Assembly: GCA_965603825.1 (NCBI GenBank)
Contig: CBFDEM010000020.1
Location: 1 to 64,000 of the forward strand
Direction of reading: 5' to 3'
Length of the DNA stretch: 64,000 nt
DNA from: Blepharisma stoltei ATCC 30299
Lineage: Eukaryota > Protista > Ciliophora
The position numbers and the translations under genes were made by a program. Under the pieces are notes generated by a model. The model searched no databases and was not told the origin of the DNA. It saw only the letters and a program-made list of their open reading frames with translations. This document shows positions 13,301 through 24,991 of this stretch, one piece after another. Numbering within the stretch: the first letter of the stretch is position 1; each line of letters starts with the position of its first letter.

Positions 13301-14730
13301 GAATGTTTACATGATTTTGAGCCAAATTTAATTGAAAATACTCTGAAATGTGTTCCAATATGAAGTCCATGCAGAGAGTTTTCAGTAGATGGCTTATGCT
13401 TGAAGTGCGCTGATAATAGTATGCAATTATATCAAGGTCAATGTTATTGCTTAGACCCTAATGCTTCATATAATAAGACAACTCAAAACTGTACTTGCAA
13501 TTTCGGTTATCAATTAACAGCCTATAGTAAGCTTTGTCAGCCATGCGATAGTCAGCTGTATGGGGGTATTAATGGTTGTGTTAACTGCAATAGCGGTATT
13601 TGCTTGGAGTGTCAGAAGGGAATGAGATTAGATTGGAATAGATGTAATTGCTTATCTGGGCAAATTTGGAATGATTTTATAGGTACTTGTGTTTGCCTAC
13701 GCGGCTACTGAAATAGTACCCAATGCCCTTCTTGTGGTTGTTACTCGTGCTCAACAAATGGAGCTTGCTTAGAGCCATGCTCCCAAAACAGCACTTGAAT
13801 CTATGGGAAATGCACATGCAATAATGGTTTTTATGAATGCAGTCCAAATCAATGCTGCACTATGAGTAGAACGTGTAGTGATAGAAGTCGAGGTTATTGC
13901 GGTGCTTGTGTATCAAGCATGGAATTGATAAACGACAACAAGGGAATCTTATGTTTATGCCCTTTTAACTCTGCCTATAATTCGCAACTAAATAAATGCG
14001 TTCCTGCTTGCAGTATATTCTGCAACAATTGTTCAAGCAATAGTACATGCTTATCATGCCAAGCACCATTTCTGGCTCAAAATGAAAATTGTATGTGCGA
14101 TCCTAATGCAGTTCAATCATGGAATACTTGCATTTGTAAGGACGGATACTATATGAACTCAACTTACTCATGCTTGCCATGCCCTGAGAATTGCGCAACA
14201 TGCATTTCAGCTACCATTTGCACATCTTGTCGTGGTGATTTTGTGCTAGTTAATAAAAATTGTCTTTGCTCAGATTTTAACGCTGTGTATAACAGTCAAA
14301 TCAGTCAATGTGAATGCAGCACTGGCTATTACAGTAAGGGCTCTAAATGTAAAGCTTGCTTGACAACTTGCTATGATTGCTTGGATGATGGGACAACATG
14401 CACTTCGTGCGTTGATAAAATAATATGATTTTAAATGAAGGAGTATGCAGTTGTATTGACCCTAACGCAGTGTTTAATTCAACCACACTTAAGTGTGAAT
14501 GCCCATATGGCTACTATAATAACATCTGCAGTGCATGTGGACCAGGCTGCGCTAAGTGCAGATATAACAAATGCTTGAGGTGCTATGACTCTGCTCATAT
14601 GGCTTTGGTAGGAAATTCATGCACTTGTTTGGATCCGAATGCATATTATGTGGAATGGGCTAAAATTTGTACATGCAAATCTGGGTTCTACTATAATGGA
14701 CAAATCTGTGTTCCAACTGCTAGAAATTAA
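10357..14730 (+). pseudogene. Tandem paralogue of the Cys-rich gene with three 1-nt deletions (pseudogene or consensus errors)
   Basis: Collinear with 4618-9597. Single-base deletions lie at ~10762, ~11058 and ~14418 relative to the paralogue, and the first causes TAG at 10768. Cys-to-Tyr changes at 11438 and 12992. Confidence 0.8.
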
Positions 14731-16831
14731 GCTAGCAATAAGATTAGATTAATTTAGTCTCAAAAAAAAAATAAATTGTTTTATCTTAAAGAGGTATAAA
14801 ATACAGACTTAAATAGTTTAAGGTTTTTATCGTCAAAAATATTGGGGCATGTTTTTCTTTTAACATATGTTTTGAATTACCAGCTATAGGGATATCAAAT
14901 TTTTACTCTATAGCCTTCTCGCTGCTCATTAGCTATGCTTACTGATTTGAATTTCAGTAATAAAGCAATATTCTATATGATTAGATATCCAGCCTAAAGG
15001 CTATATCTGTTTCAAAGGATTAGCATATGGCCTGGGAGAATTGTATAAATCCTGAGATTCTGCAACTCTTTCTAGAAATAAAGCTGATGATTAGCTCTAT
15101 CCCCATGCCCCAAGCTGAATATTATTGTAATAAAAAAAATTTAATGGGAATATTTTGATTTCTGGATAAAATTTTGTTATATTCTATTGATAGTGAGTCT
15201 TTTTCAATATATCCGCTTACTTTGCAGAGTGCAAAAGAAAGATTTATTTATAAAAGTGAGATGAAAGATGGATATTTGGAAAGAATAGCAGACTCAATAG
15301 TCCTTAATTAAGTTTCAGCTCTTCATTTTTAATACAGCATTGAGAATTTAAAATTGCAATTTTTAATTTCTCATTTATCATAAAGATTTAAATAAACCAT
15401 GTATCGAAAAATATTCCTTCAAAAATATAGCAACCCTCTTTTTATAAATTAAAATTATTCATAAATAAAATTAAAATTTTACTATTTATGGCAAATATAG
15501 TTTTCTGATTCTAATGCATGATCATTAAGTAATTATTTTTCAACTATCTAAGGTCAAACAATGAAAACTAAAATCTTTTTTAGAGAAAATAATGTATTTC
15601 AGAAGCCCATCCGTAAATAGTTAATAAATAATATATATTTGACTAAGATTTCATACATAAAATTGCATCTTTGAAATTATCAAACTATTTCTTAAATATC
15701 TTTTGAAGTTTTTCATCAATTAAGTGCTTCAGATATTGAGTTACTAGGAAATATTTCCTAATAAGAGCAAGGGACTAGCCATTCTGAGTCAATATTTCTA
15801 TACAAGAGCAGAGAGACTATATTGGAAATTTATGATTTCCCCGCATCGAATACTATCAGTTTAATCTGTATGACAAAATAATGAGAAGATTTATCATAAT
15901 CATCAGATTGGTTTAATAATTCTTGTCTCTCTTCTAGAGGCGTAAATTATAATAAAATACTTTTCAATAAATTAATAGAGATTTTCATCTTCACTTCATG
16001 TAGTTGGAGTTAAGAATTAGGCATGGACGAAGACTTGTATCGTCATATAAGAGATTTACATTATTTCCTCCCTAGCAAGATTCAAGTACTATACAAAACC
16101 TTCTGACTAATCTAATCCCAGATTTACTTTAAGACTGGCTATTCTGAAATAGAGCCCTAAGACTACTTTCATCACTCATCAGTAGGACAAAAGAACTTAT
16201 GGACAAATTTCAGGAAATAAATATTCAATGTGGGTTGCGCCACCCAAGCCGGATAGTAAATGATCCTTTGAATTTATTATATTAATATACATTGGAGGAC
16301 CGATAAAGCACTGGAGAATTCATGGAGCTGTTTTTAAAGGCGTGTGAAAGAATCTGCAGCAGCTGATGGTCTACTTCGGAGGTTCAAATAGATGGTTCAT
16401 CAATGCAGCTTTCAAAATGAGGCATGCAAAAAACCATGGATCTGTTGGTGGATTTGGCTGAAGTTTAGAAGTGTTTTGAAAGTTGTGGAGTTTTGTTGAG
16501 ATTTGTATTTTTTAAATTAAAACGAGAGAAGTGTGACAATTTCGCTTTAAAATATAAGAATAACATTAAAAATTATATACATATACCAAAAATCTCAACC
16601 TATTTTAATTTTAAACATTTTGTTTTCAATTTTAAATTTTGTAGAAAGATGATACTTAAAACCCTTATTTATAATTGAATTTCTTTATGTAAAATTTTCT
16701 AAAATTATGCTGAAGCTACTAAAAATAATAGATTGAGCTAATTCAGATCAAGAAAATTATAATTTAGTGAATGAAATTTGTTGCCTTGAATTACTATCCC
16801 TTTTTCAAATAAAAGCTCTTTTATAATAATT

Positions 16832-17281
16832 ATGTCGTGGCAAGCCTTCATCGATTGCTATCTCCTCAGCGAACTTAATATGAAAAACGAATGAGAATCA
16901 ACAAGCTGCATTGATCATGCAGCGATTCTTTCACTTTATGATATAAAGGTGCTGGCTTTAATCCCTGATTTATCACTGAGTGAATATATGATCGATTACT
17001 ATTCTGTGAACGAAATCGATATGATACGATCAGTTTTGAATTTCCAATCGACTTTTGAAATAGTTATAAGAATTAATAATGAAAGATACTCTTTAGTTTC
17101 TAATAAAAACTCAAGAATTTAATTATGGAAACCAGGAGGAGGTGCTTGAATTTTTAAAACCTCTCAGACAATTATATTTGCTAGTTGGAATTTCGAATTA
17201 AAATCTGAAAATGAGAATCGTTTTCTTTGTTATGAGAAATGCAATAGTTTGGCTGCCTACTTAATAAGCATTGGATACTAA
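16832..17281 (+). pseudogene. Profilin-like gene with one internal TAA
   Basis: Reads MSWQAFIDCYLL...HAAILS...IRINNERY...RI*LWKPGGGAWIFKTSQTIIFASW...LAAYLISIGY. Profilin termini and the GGG/KTxQ motifs are present. 150 codons, with in-frame TAA at 17120-17122. Missing from the ORF track. Confidence 0.85.
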
Positions 17282-19170
17282 TTAAAATTGCTTTTAATCT
17301 GAATAAATATAGTTACCTAGTTTGCATATGAGCAAGCATAGCTTATATTTATAGCCTAGCATAAATCAAAAGTTTAATTACACTTAAGAGTCCAATTAGA
17401 TGGATAGCAAATATACATTGGCTTATATTTATTAGCCATGATATATATTATAATATAAACTTTAAATTAGTTCTTTAAGAAAATTGTATTCTAAAAATTT
17501 AATATGACTGCTAAAATATGCTACCTACAAAACTGGAATAACTAAGCGCATTATACATAGTATGCGCTTCTCCTGATAGTTAATTTGACAAATCACAAAT
17601 AAGCTCATCTAATAGTAATTTAAATCCAACCCTATATTTCTGGCAATTTCACAGGCTATTAAAGATGCAATTTAAAAATTACTGCAATAAAATTCTCTAA
17701 GTGCAGTTTAGCTGCTAAGAGAGTATTTCTATAATTTTAAAGCTAGGACTGATTAATTGATTTAGAATTAATGAAGGCTCGATCTATCTACCTGATCGAC
17801 AAACAATAAAATAAAGTTTTCTATTGAATGCGGAAGTTAGAGTATAAAGGTAATTAAATTGATATTTGACTCTTAAAAAGAGAATAAAAGATGCTAAAAT
17901 TCCAAAATTGATTAAGTAATATTGCAGTAGGGATCTTAAAAGCTTTATTTAACGCAGAGGTATCAGTTAAGATTTAATGAAAAAATATCCATGAATATTT
18001 AAGACCGATTAAAGACTTTATAGCACACTCATGCTTATTTTCATTGCATTAATAATGAGACTTGATATAATCTCTTTAGCTAATTTTAAATTTTATTAAA
18101 AATTGATCATTTTCTCACAGATGTCCTTTAATTATATATTAAATTATTTTGTATTCACATACTCTATTAAGGCTTAAATCTTAAGATTATTAGACCTAAA
18201 ATAAAAAATCTTAAAGCTAGGGAGTTCAAGAATGCTTGTAAAGTAATTTAAAATTTGTGGGTTTTTGATGCATTCTTGGGTTAATTACCGATTTTTAATA
18301 TCATAAACTGATAAAAAAGTTGAATTATTGCTGCAGGCTATACTATAAAGAAATCGAGTGTCTATATCTTTTTGAGGCTCATATTTGTAAGATGAAATCA
18401 GCATTTATTTTAATCAAAATTTAAGTCAAATTTTAATGAATATAAAATTTTAATAATCGAAATTCTCATAATAGCAGATTTATTGCCTATTAAGAAATTC
18501 TGTAGCTTAGTTTGGACAAAAATGCAGCGATCAAATTTTAAATTTACTCAATTCTCAATAAAGTTTAATTTTTATAATTCCAGACCTCAATATAATAGCC
18601 GGCACTGATCGGTTTCAATATTATATTTATCACCAAAATACTAGCAACAGGAAGTTTTATTTATAACAAGAAATTTGCTTGCGCTATACACTATAGGAAA
18701 CTCAAGGAAAATGGCTATAAATGAGCTGCATGCTGCACAATTCCAAAGGTATGGAAAACATGAATAATAACATCATTACAAATGCAGTTATTTCATGATT
18801 AAATCGTGTTAGAATCTCAAGCAAATTTGAATAAAATAGATTACTAGTTTTAAATTTATATAAAACTTTTTAATTAAAATTAGATGCCTCGTAAAAGCAA
18901 TAATTTTTTGTGAACTCATATAGAATGGATGATTCATTTCTTTCAATCTCAGAATTTTTCTATATATTTCCTAATTCTGAAAAATAATTCTTTAGCCTTT
19001 GACAATTAATTTATGAAATAATATAGAATTCGTTCAATACTCAATTTTTTATATTTTTAGTTTTATAATAATTGAGGAAGATGTGCCAAGTATTCTTATG
19101 CCTTGTTCAATTTGATAATATAATTTATCTAAAGAATTACATATTAAAATGAAATTCTATAAATATTAAA

Positions 19171-19617
19171 ATGGGCAGCTCGAAACCTATCCATTACGAT
19201 GATCCAGTACCGTCCAACTTCGAAATATCTCCTGAAGTTAAATTAAAGTTTAGACTGGAAGACAAAGTTAAAAAGCTATTTATCTATGGGAATGATCAAG
19301 AAGCAGCCATTATATGATTTGTCTGCTTAATAGGCGATCTTGAAGGTGATGAGTATTATTTCGTTCCAACAAAAGTAGATAATCATTTTATTTCAAATAT
19401 AACTACAGCGGAAAAGATAGCCTTAAGATGCAATTATGATAAAAAGTCGATTTCAAATGATGCCGTCCAAATTTTAGATGAAGTTAATATTGATGGGAAA
19501 AATGTTAAAGACCTTATCCAAGCTGTTCAGCAGCTTAAAGATTTCAACAGCATATATGATTTATTAAAAGAAACACTAGAAAACTTAGGTGCTTCTTCCA
19601 AATGGTATTATCGATAG
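19171..19617 (+). CDS. Uncharacterised 148-aa protein, trio member A, probable N-myristoylation (MGSS)
   Basis: Open ATG to TAG with one TGA=W. SPEV..DKV..FIYG..WFVC..GDEYYF aligns with the next two genes. Missing from the ORF track. Confidence 0.8.
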
Positions 19618-20065
19618 CTGAGGAATAATATTAGATTTTAAGTAATGCAGAAAAACTTTTAATTGCTAGTATAAATATTAGATAGATAAATCATAACTTT
19701 AGAATCTTTATTCAAGCAAAGCTATACTTTTAAAAATTTTAAAATTAGTCCATTTTTGTAGAATTTTAATTTATAGTTTGCATCTTAGAAGGTAAATTTA
19801 ATTTTCAATATAATTCCTTATTAAGTTAATGATCACTTTTGAAATTATCTCTACTCAGGCATTATCTTTATAGCTGTAGCATATATCATAACCTAAAATT
19901 TATATGATTACAGAGAAGCATAAAGCTGAAGCTCACTATATGCGCTAAAGCAATAAATTCTTAGAAGACTGCAAGGAGTAAGAAATGTCCAAAAAATCGA
20001 TTATTAGAGAATTATACTTCTCTCCAAATAAATTATGCTATTTTTGAAATTCTATAAATATAAAA

Positions 20066-20515
20066 ATGGGCTGCATGTCTTCAAAAGGAGTAAAGGGAGG
20101 TGATATTGAACCAGAGCAAAAAATAACAATTGAGTTAAAAAAATCCCCTGAAGTGGTATGTGAATGATTCAATGGAGATAAAGTTGAGACAATAACGATG
20201 TTTCAAGCCGATATGAATCCTGAACAAATATATAATATTTTTACTATTAAAAACACTGAAGGAGAATTATGTTATCTTGTCTCATCAAAATTTGAAGGGA
20301 ATACTGAAGAAAAAGGTACAAATTATTTGATGACTGATTTGAAATGTTGCCATAAGTATGCAAATAATCAGAAGCCTAATGAAAATCCAAAGGAATTAAA
20401 ATGTAAATCACTGAAAGAAAAGACCCTAATTGAAGTCACTAAGGCTCTTCCAAACAAATGACCGGATAAAAGTAGCAGAAGCTGTGCCGACGAGATTTAT
20501 AATAGTCTTAATTAG
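20066..20515 (+). CDS. Uncharacterised 149-aa protein, trio member B, probable N-myristoylation/palmitoylation (MGCMSS)
   Basis: Extends track ORF 20198-20461 through two TGA codons. Shares SPEV..DKV, GE.C(Y/F).VSSK and the C-terminal A.EIYNSL with its neighbours. Confidence 0.8.
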
Positions 20516-20876
20516 AAAATTATTTATGTTTTATATTTACAATATTAGATATCTTTACAATATAATCAATAAAATTCAATTATTTACAGAAACAAACAAA
20601 GTTTTTGTCTTGAAAAATTATATTGTTATCACTTATCTAAATGGCCAAATTTTTCTAAGATTGAATAAAATTTCTAAAAACATTGGATTTTGCTAAATTT
20701 GAGTTAGCTTGCTTTCTATATTTTAAAACCTCAACTATAATCTAGCAAAATATTATGTTCACTTTCAACCAAGAGTATATAATATCTCTTTTTATCTTAA
20801 GCCATTTTATCTGTGTCTTATCTTGGTTCTACAAATCCATTTTCGATTTAGATCCTATTCTATAAAAATTAATTAA

Positions 20877-21350
20877 ATGTGTTTCAAATACAAGAAATAC
20901 AAGAAAGATCATGAGGACACTCCGATTAAAAAGGATGGCTCTGGTTTAGAATGCCCTCAAGACCAAAGAGTCGCTCCTGAAATAGACGAACTTTATAGCC
21001 AATCAAACAATGTTACTGAAGCGTACATTTATGGTGACAATACATTTGGCGAGCATTTATGGATCGTTTGTAAAATTCGGGCTAACAGCGGGGATGAATA
21101 TTTTTTTATTTCTTCTAAATCAAAGGCTAAACATATTTCTTACTATACATTACGCCGCGAAACTGCTGTTAGATTGGGAAATCTTGAATATAAAAACTAT
21201 AAAAGTGCCGTACTTAAAAAATTCAAGTCTTTGAGGGATACTCGTGTCAGCAGTCTAAACCAAATTGTCCAAAAGTGCACCAAAAATTATAATTATTTCA
21301 AAGCTAACTGCAGGGATTATGCAAATGGCATTTATAACAGTTTAAAATAG
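20877..21350 (+). CDS. 157-aa protein, trio member C, permuted papain-like (PPPDE/LRAT-type) His...NC signature
   Basis: Intact ORF with GEHLWIV near the N-terminus and YNYFKANCRDYA near the C-terminus. The fold call is inference. Confidence 0.7.
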   Translation: MCFKYKKYKKDHEDTPIKKDGSGLECPQDQRVAPEIDELYSQSNNVTEAYIYGDNTFGEHLWIVCKIRANSGDEYFFISSKSKAKHISYYTLRRETAVRLGNLEYKNYKSAVLKKFKSLRDTRVSSLNQIVQKCTKNYNYFKANCRDYANGIYNSLK

Positions 21351-21949
21351 TTTAGTCGATAAATAATATTCTTTTCTTATTGCATATCTATGAATATAGC
21401 TTTAGTATTTTAGTCATATAGCTAGAACCAATATTACTAGGTAGATTTAATTAGATTAACTATGTATATTTTAGTCTCTATTCCGCTCAAGGTAGTTTTA
21501 GACAGGGTCAAACCTCCGATTTTTCGGTATTGATGATTTACTCCATGGTCCAGGTTACGCGGATTTTGCTGAAACCTCCAGCCAGATCATTCTTTATGCG
21601 AAGATTTCTTTAAAATGGAGAGACTTGCATCTGGAATCCGGTCGAATCTACAATCCCTTTTCCCCTGTTACCTCAAAAAAAGAATTCAAAAGCTTTCCTA
21701 TTCAGGACAGACCTTCAAGCAGTTTAGGCAGGTACGCTGTCTCTTTCATAAACCCAATTTGAGCTTGGATACTGTTGGTAAATAACTGCCACTCGAGCCC
21801 AGACCATTATCCAGCTGAATAGCTCTGGTCTTCTTTCCTCGAGGATAGCCCAATCCTTTGGGAACTTCTTATACCTAGATACGTAGGACGCTCATCACTG
21901 ATTTATAGAAAGTCACTTTTTATTTTAACAAATTTCCAAAAAGACTTAT

Positions 21950-22800
21950 AATGCCATGAGCTACCCAAACGAGATGATGTGAACGTTCAGTAAGCATAAT
22001 TAAAGAGATTCTTGATGATAGTTTTGAAGATTTTGTCGGTACAGAATTTATAGAAGATGTCCTTGATGAATGCATTGACTATTATGCAAGCGAGGACGAA
22101 GATGAAGATTGACAATGCCCTTGATGATTACATTTACTAGCATGAAAGCGAGGTGAAGATTGATCAGAAGAAAGCTGAGATGAAGATGAAGAGACAGAAA
22201 ATGAGAGAGAAGAATGCTGGGAAATTGGGAGCTGATTATGACACACAATCAATCAGTTCGTAAGTAGAAGAATTGGGAGATAAGAAATAGGGGAAATAAT
22301 TAGAGGAGACAAATAAAGCAGAAAATTTTGAGGCGGGTAGTAGCCGCAAACTTTTGGGTGAAGAAAGATGACGGAAGATGGGTCTAAAGAAGAATATAAA
22401 AAAGAAACAAAAAATGGACCAAGTCTAAACCCAAAGACAAATCCAAAGACAAACCCAAAGATACATCAAAAAATGAGCCAAAAGATGAGCTCAAAGATGA
22501 GCACAAAAGATGAGCCCGAAGATACACCCAAAGATACACCCAAAGATACACCCTAAGATACACCCAAAGATACACCCAAAGATGAATCCAAGTATGAATA
22601 AAAGATGAACCTAAAGATGAACACAAATATGAGCCCAAATATGAACCCAAAGATGAGCCTAAAGATGAATCGAATGATGAGTTCGATAACGAATATGAAA
22701 ATAAAGACAAGGTTGAGCAGAAAAAAGTGTTAAGAAAGAGGGAAAAAATAATTAAGATGCTTAAAGGCCTGGGTAGCCCCGCCGATGAATAAAAAGTAAT
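21950..22800 (+). pseudogene. Decayed acidic/low-complexity coding relic, copy 1 of an inverted pair
   Basis: Glu/Asp/Lys-rich codon runs broken by stops and frameshifts; homologous to the reverse complement of ~23100-23560. Confidence 0.5.
22425..22680 (+). repeat. 12-bp minisatellite (GATACACCCAAA / GATGAGCCCAAA variants)
   Basis: About 20 imperfect 12-mers that would encode D(T/E)PK tetrapeptides. Confidence 0.9.
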
Positions 22801-23099
22801 TAAAACAGATAGGCTGCTCGTCACTTGCTACATTATGAATAGTATTGCTAGCTTAATTGAAAAAGAGGCTGAAAAAAAAGTATTGCCGCTCATGTGACAC
22901 TATTTATAGTTAGTTTAATATGTCATATGACTTCAGGCTGCATTGAACTCACCTGGACTATGAACTTTACTAAATTCGTTAAGTTGCCTCTTTCAAAATC
23001 AACACAATGAGTAGATATGATAGAGTGCATATTATCATTTGTCATTATTGATTATAACAATGCTATCTCTATATTTGAAGCTCTTATAGCTTTTTCCTA

Positions 23100-23560
23100 T
23101 ATTTTTTGCTTCTTTCTATTTTTCCCCTTTCTTCCACAATGCTGCTTCTGCTTGACTTTTTGCTTTAGTTTCTACTCTTTTCCTTAAAGTTTTTTGCTTT
23201 TCTCTTGATGAGCTTCATTTACTTGCGTGCTTTGTTCCGCAACTAAATTCTCGTCTATAGGACATTAAGTTGCCCGATTGTGTGACAATAGTCAGGTATA
23301 AATTATTTAAAACTTTTCCCTATTGCTTTACTGCCAATCCAGCGATCTCTTTTCTATTTCGAATTCTGTTTATTTCATCTTGACTATTTACTCTTGAAGT
23401 CTCATTTAATCAGCCTTATTTAGATCACAATTATAAATTTCAATGCAGTCATCAAGGATTTCAATAAGATACCCTGCATCTAAAATATATCAAAATATCA
23501 TCTAAAATTCTTTAAATTGTGCTTGCTCCTCATCTAGCTAAGTAGCTTTTGGCAGTTTAA
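23100..23560 (-). pseudogene. Decayed relic, copy 2 of the inverted pair (lacks the minisatellite)
   Basis: 23440-23458 is the reverse complement of 22060-22078 (18/19 identical), and 23276-23295 matches 22232-22250. Confidence 0.5.
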
Positions 23561-24032
23561 GCCTTTTGGAAAATCCATAGAATAAAAAGTATGCTGCTAT
23601 TTATCAACTTGTAAAGTTGACTAGAAAATTTATGTTGCCCAGACAAATCATAGATCGGACAAGCTAAATGAAGCCATGGCGATAATTATTAATTTTACTA
23701 TAATGATTAATTTAAAATATAATTCAAAAAATTTTGAAGTGAATATTTCTTATACTTAGAATTTTTACTAAAAATTTCGGGCAAATATCAATCAAAAGAA
23801 AAAATTTTCTTTACAAAGACTAATTTTATCCAAAACCACAGTAAATTAATATATAAGATTTTCTACATAAAACAATTTAAGTACATCAACTAACTAAAAA
23901 GCAAAATTTTGGATTATATTATTGAGTAATCTCTGCCAGCCGAAATCCAAATTTCAACCTTTTCTCGTTCTAATATAATCTCTAGGCAAAATAATATTTA
24001 TAATTGTAAATTTCTTTTATCCTTGGAGATAA

Positions 24033-24953
24033 ATGTCCACTTCAGATCTCGATCGTCAAATAGAACAGCTCCGTCGTTGTGAAATCATAAAAGAGTCTGA
24101 AGTCAAAGCTTTATGTCTTAAAGCCCGCGAAATTCTTTCAGAAGAAAGCAACGTTCAGCTAATTGCCGCACCTGTGACAGTCTGTGGAGACATCCACGGT
24201 CAATTTCATGATTTATGTGAACTTTTCATGGTAGGTGGAGAACTTCCTCTTACCAATTATCTTTTTATGGGCGACTTTGTCGACCGAGGCTTTAACAGCG
24301 TCGAAACCTTTCTCTTGATGCTTGCTTTAAAGGTCAGATACCCAGACAGGATCACCTTAATCAGAGGAAATCATGAAAGTCGTCAAATTACACAAGTCTA
24401 TGGGTTCTACGACGAATGTTTAAGGAAATACGGCTCTGTCAATGTATGGAGATACTGCACAGAAGTCTTTGATTATTTAGCCTTAGCTGCACTTATTGAT
24501 AATAGGATTTTTTGTGTTCATGGAGGGTTAAGTCCTACTATAAATACAATAGATGAGCTAAGAAATATTAATAGAAAACAAGAAGTCCCTCATGAAGGTA
24601 CAATGTGTGATTTAATGTGGTCAGATCCTGAAGAAACTACTGGGTGGAGTGTAAGTCCAAGAGGTGCTGGATATTTATTTGGCAAAGATGTAGTCGCTAA
24701 GTGGAACAACGATAACAATATTGAGCTTATTGCAAGAGCTCACCAGTTGGTAATGGAAGGGTATAAAAGTATGTTTGGAGATACACTGGTGACTGTATGG
24801 TCTGCCCCTAATTACTGCTATAGATGCGGAAACGTTGCTGCTATTTTAGAGCTAGACGAGCATCTTAATCGTAGCTATAAAACTTTTGAAGCAGCCCCCG
24901 CAGACGTCAGAGAGCCACCAAGCAAAAACCCAGCCATGGACTATTTCCTCTAA
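24033..24953 (+). CDS. PPP4C: Ser/Thr protein phosphatase 4 catalytic subunit
   Basis: GDIHG, GDFVDRG and RGNHE motifs; PP4-type N-terminus [24 protein letters not shown]; C-terminal DYFL. Confidence 0.96.
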   Translation: MSTSDLDRQIEQLRRCEIIKESEVKALCLKAREILSEESNVQLIAAPVTVCGDIHGQFHDLCELFMVGGELPLTNYLFMGDFVDRGFNSVETFLLMLALKVRYPDRITLIRGNHESRQITQVYGFYDECLRKYGSVNVWRYCTEVFDYLALAALIDNRIFCVHGGLSPTINTIDELRNINRKQEVPHEGTMCDLMWSDPEETTGWSVSPRGAGYLFGKDVVAKWNNDNNIELIARAHQLVMEGYKSMFGDTLVTVWSAPNYCYRCGNVAAILELDEHLNRSYKTFEAAPADVREPPSKNPAMDYFL

Positions 24954-24991
24954 ATCCTTTTTAATATCATAACTCTTCACATAAATTTTAT

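Noticed and set aside
10755-14430. Euplotes-style programmed ribosomal frameshifting in the second Cys-rich gene
   Set aside because: The shifts are simple 1-nt deletions relative to the paralogue. Two are not at true stops, and no AAA-TAR +1 motif is present.
14950-16680. Coding-like patches and ORF 16493-16678
   Set aside because: Multiple stops and no family recognised; the ORF is AT-rich with a TTG start.
21480-21900. GC-richer stretch with an IMVWA (Tc1-like) word on the minus strand
   Set aside because: A single short motif with no DDE spacing or terminal repeats found.
22425-22680. CRISPR-like array
   Set aside because: Contiguous 12-bp tandem units with no spacers, in a eukaryotic context.
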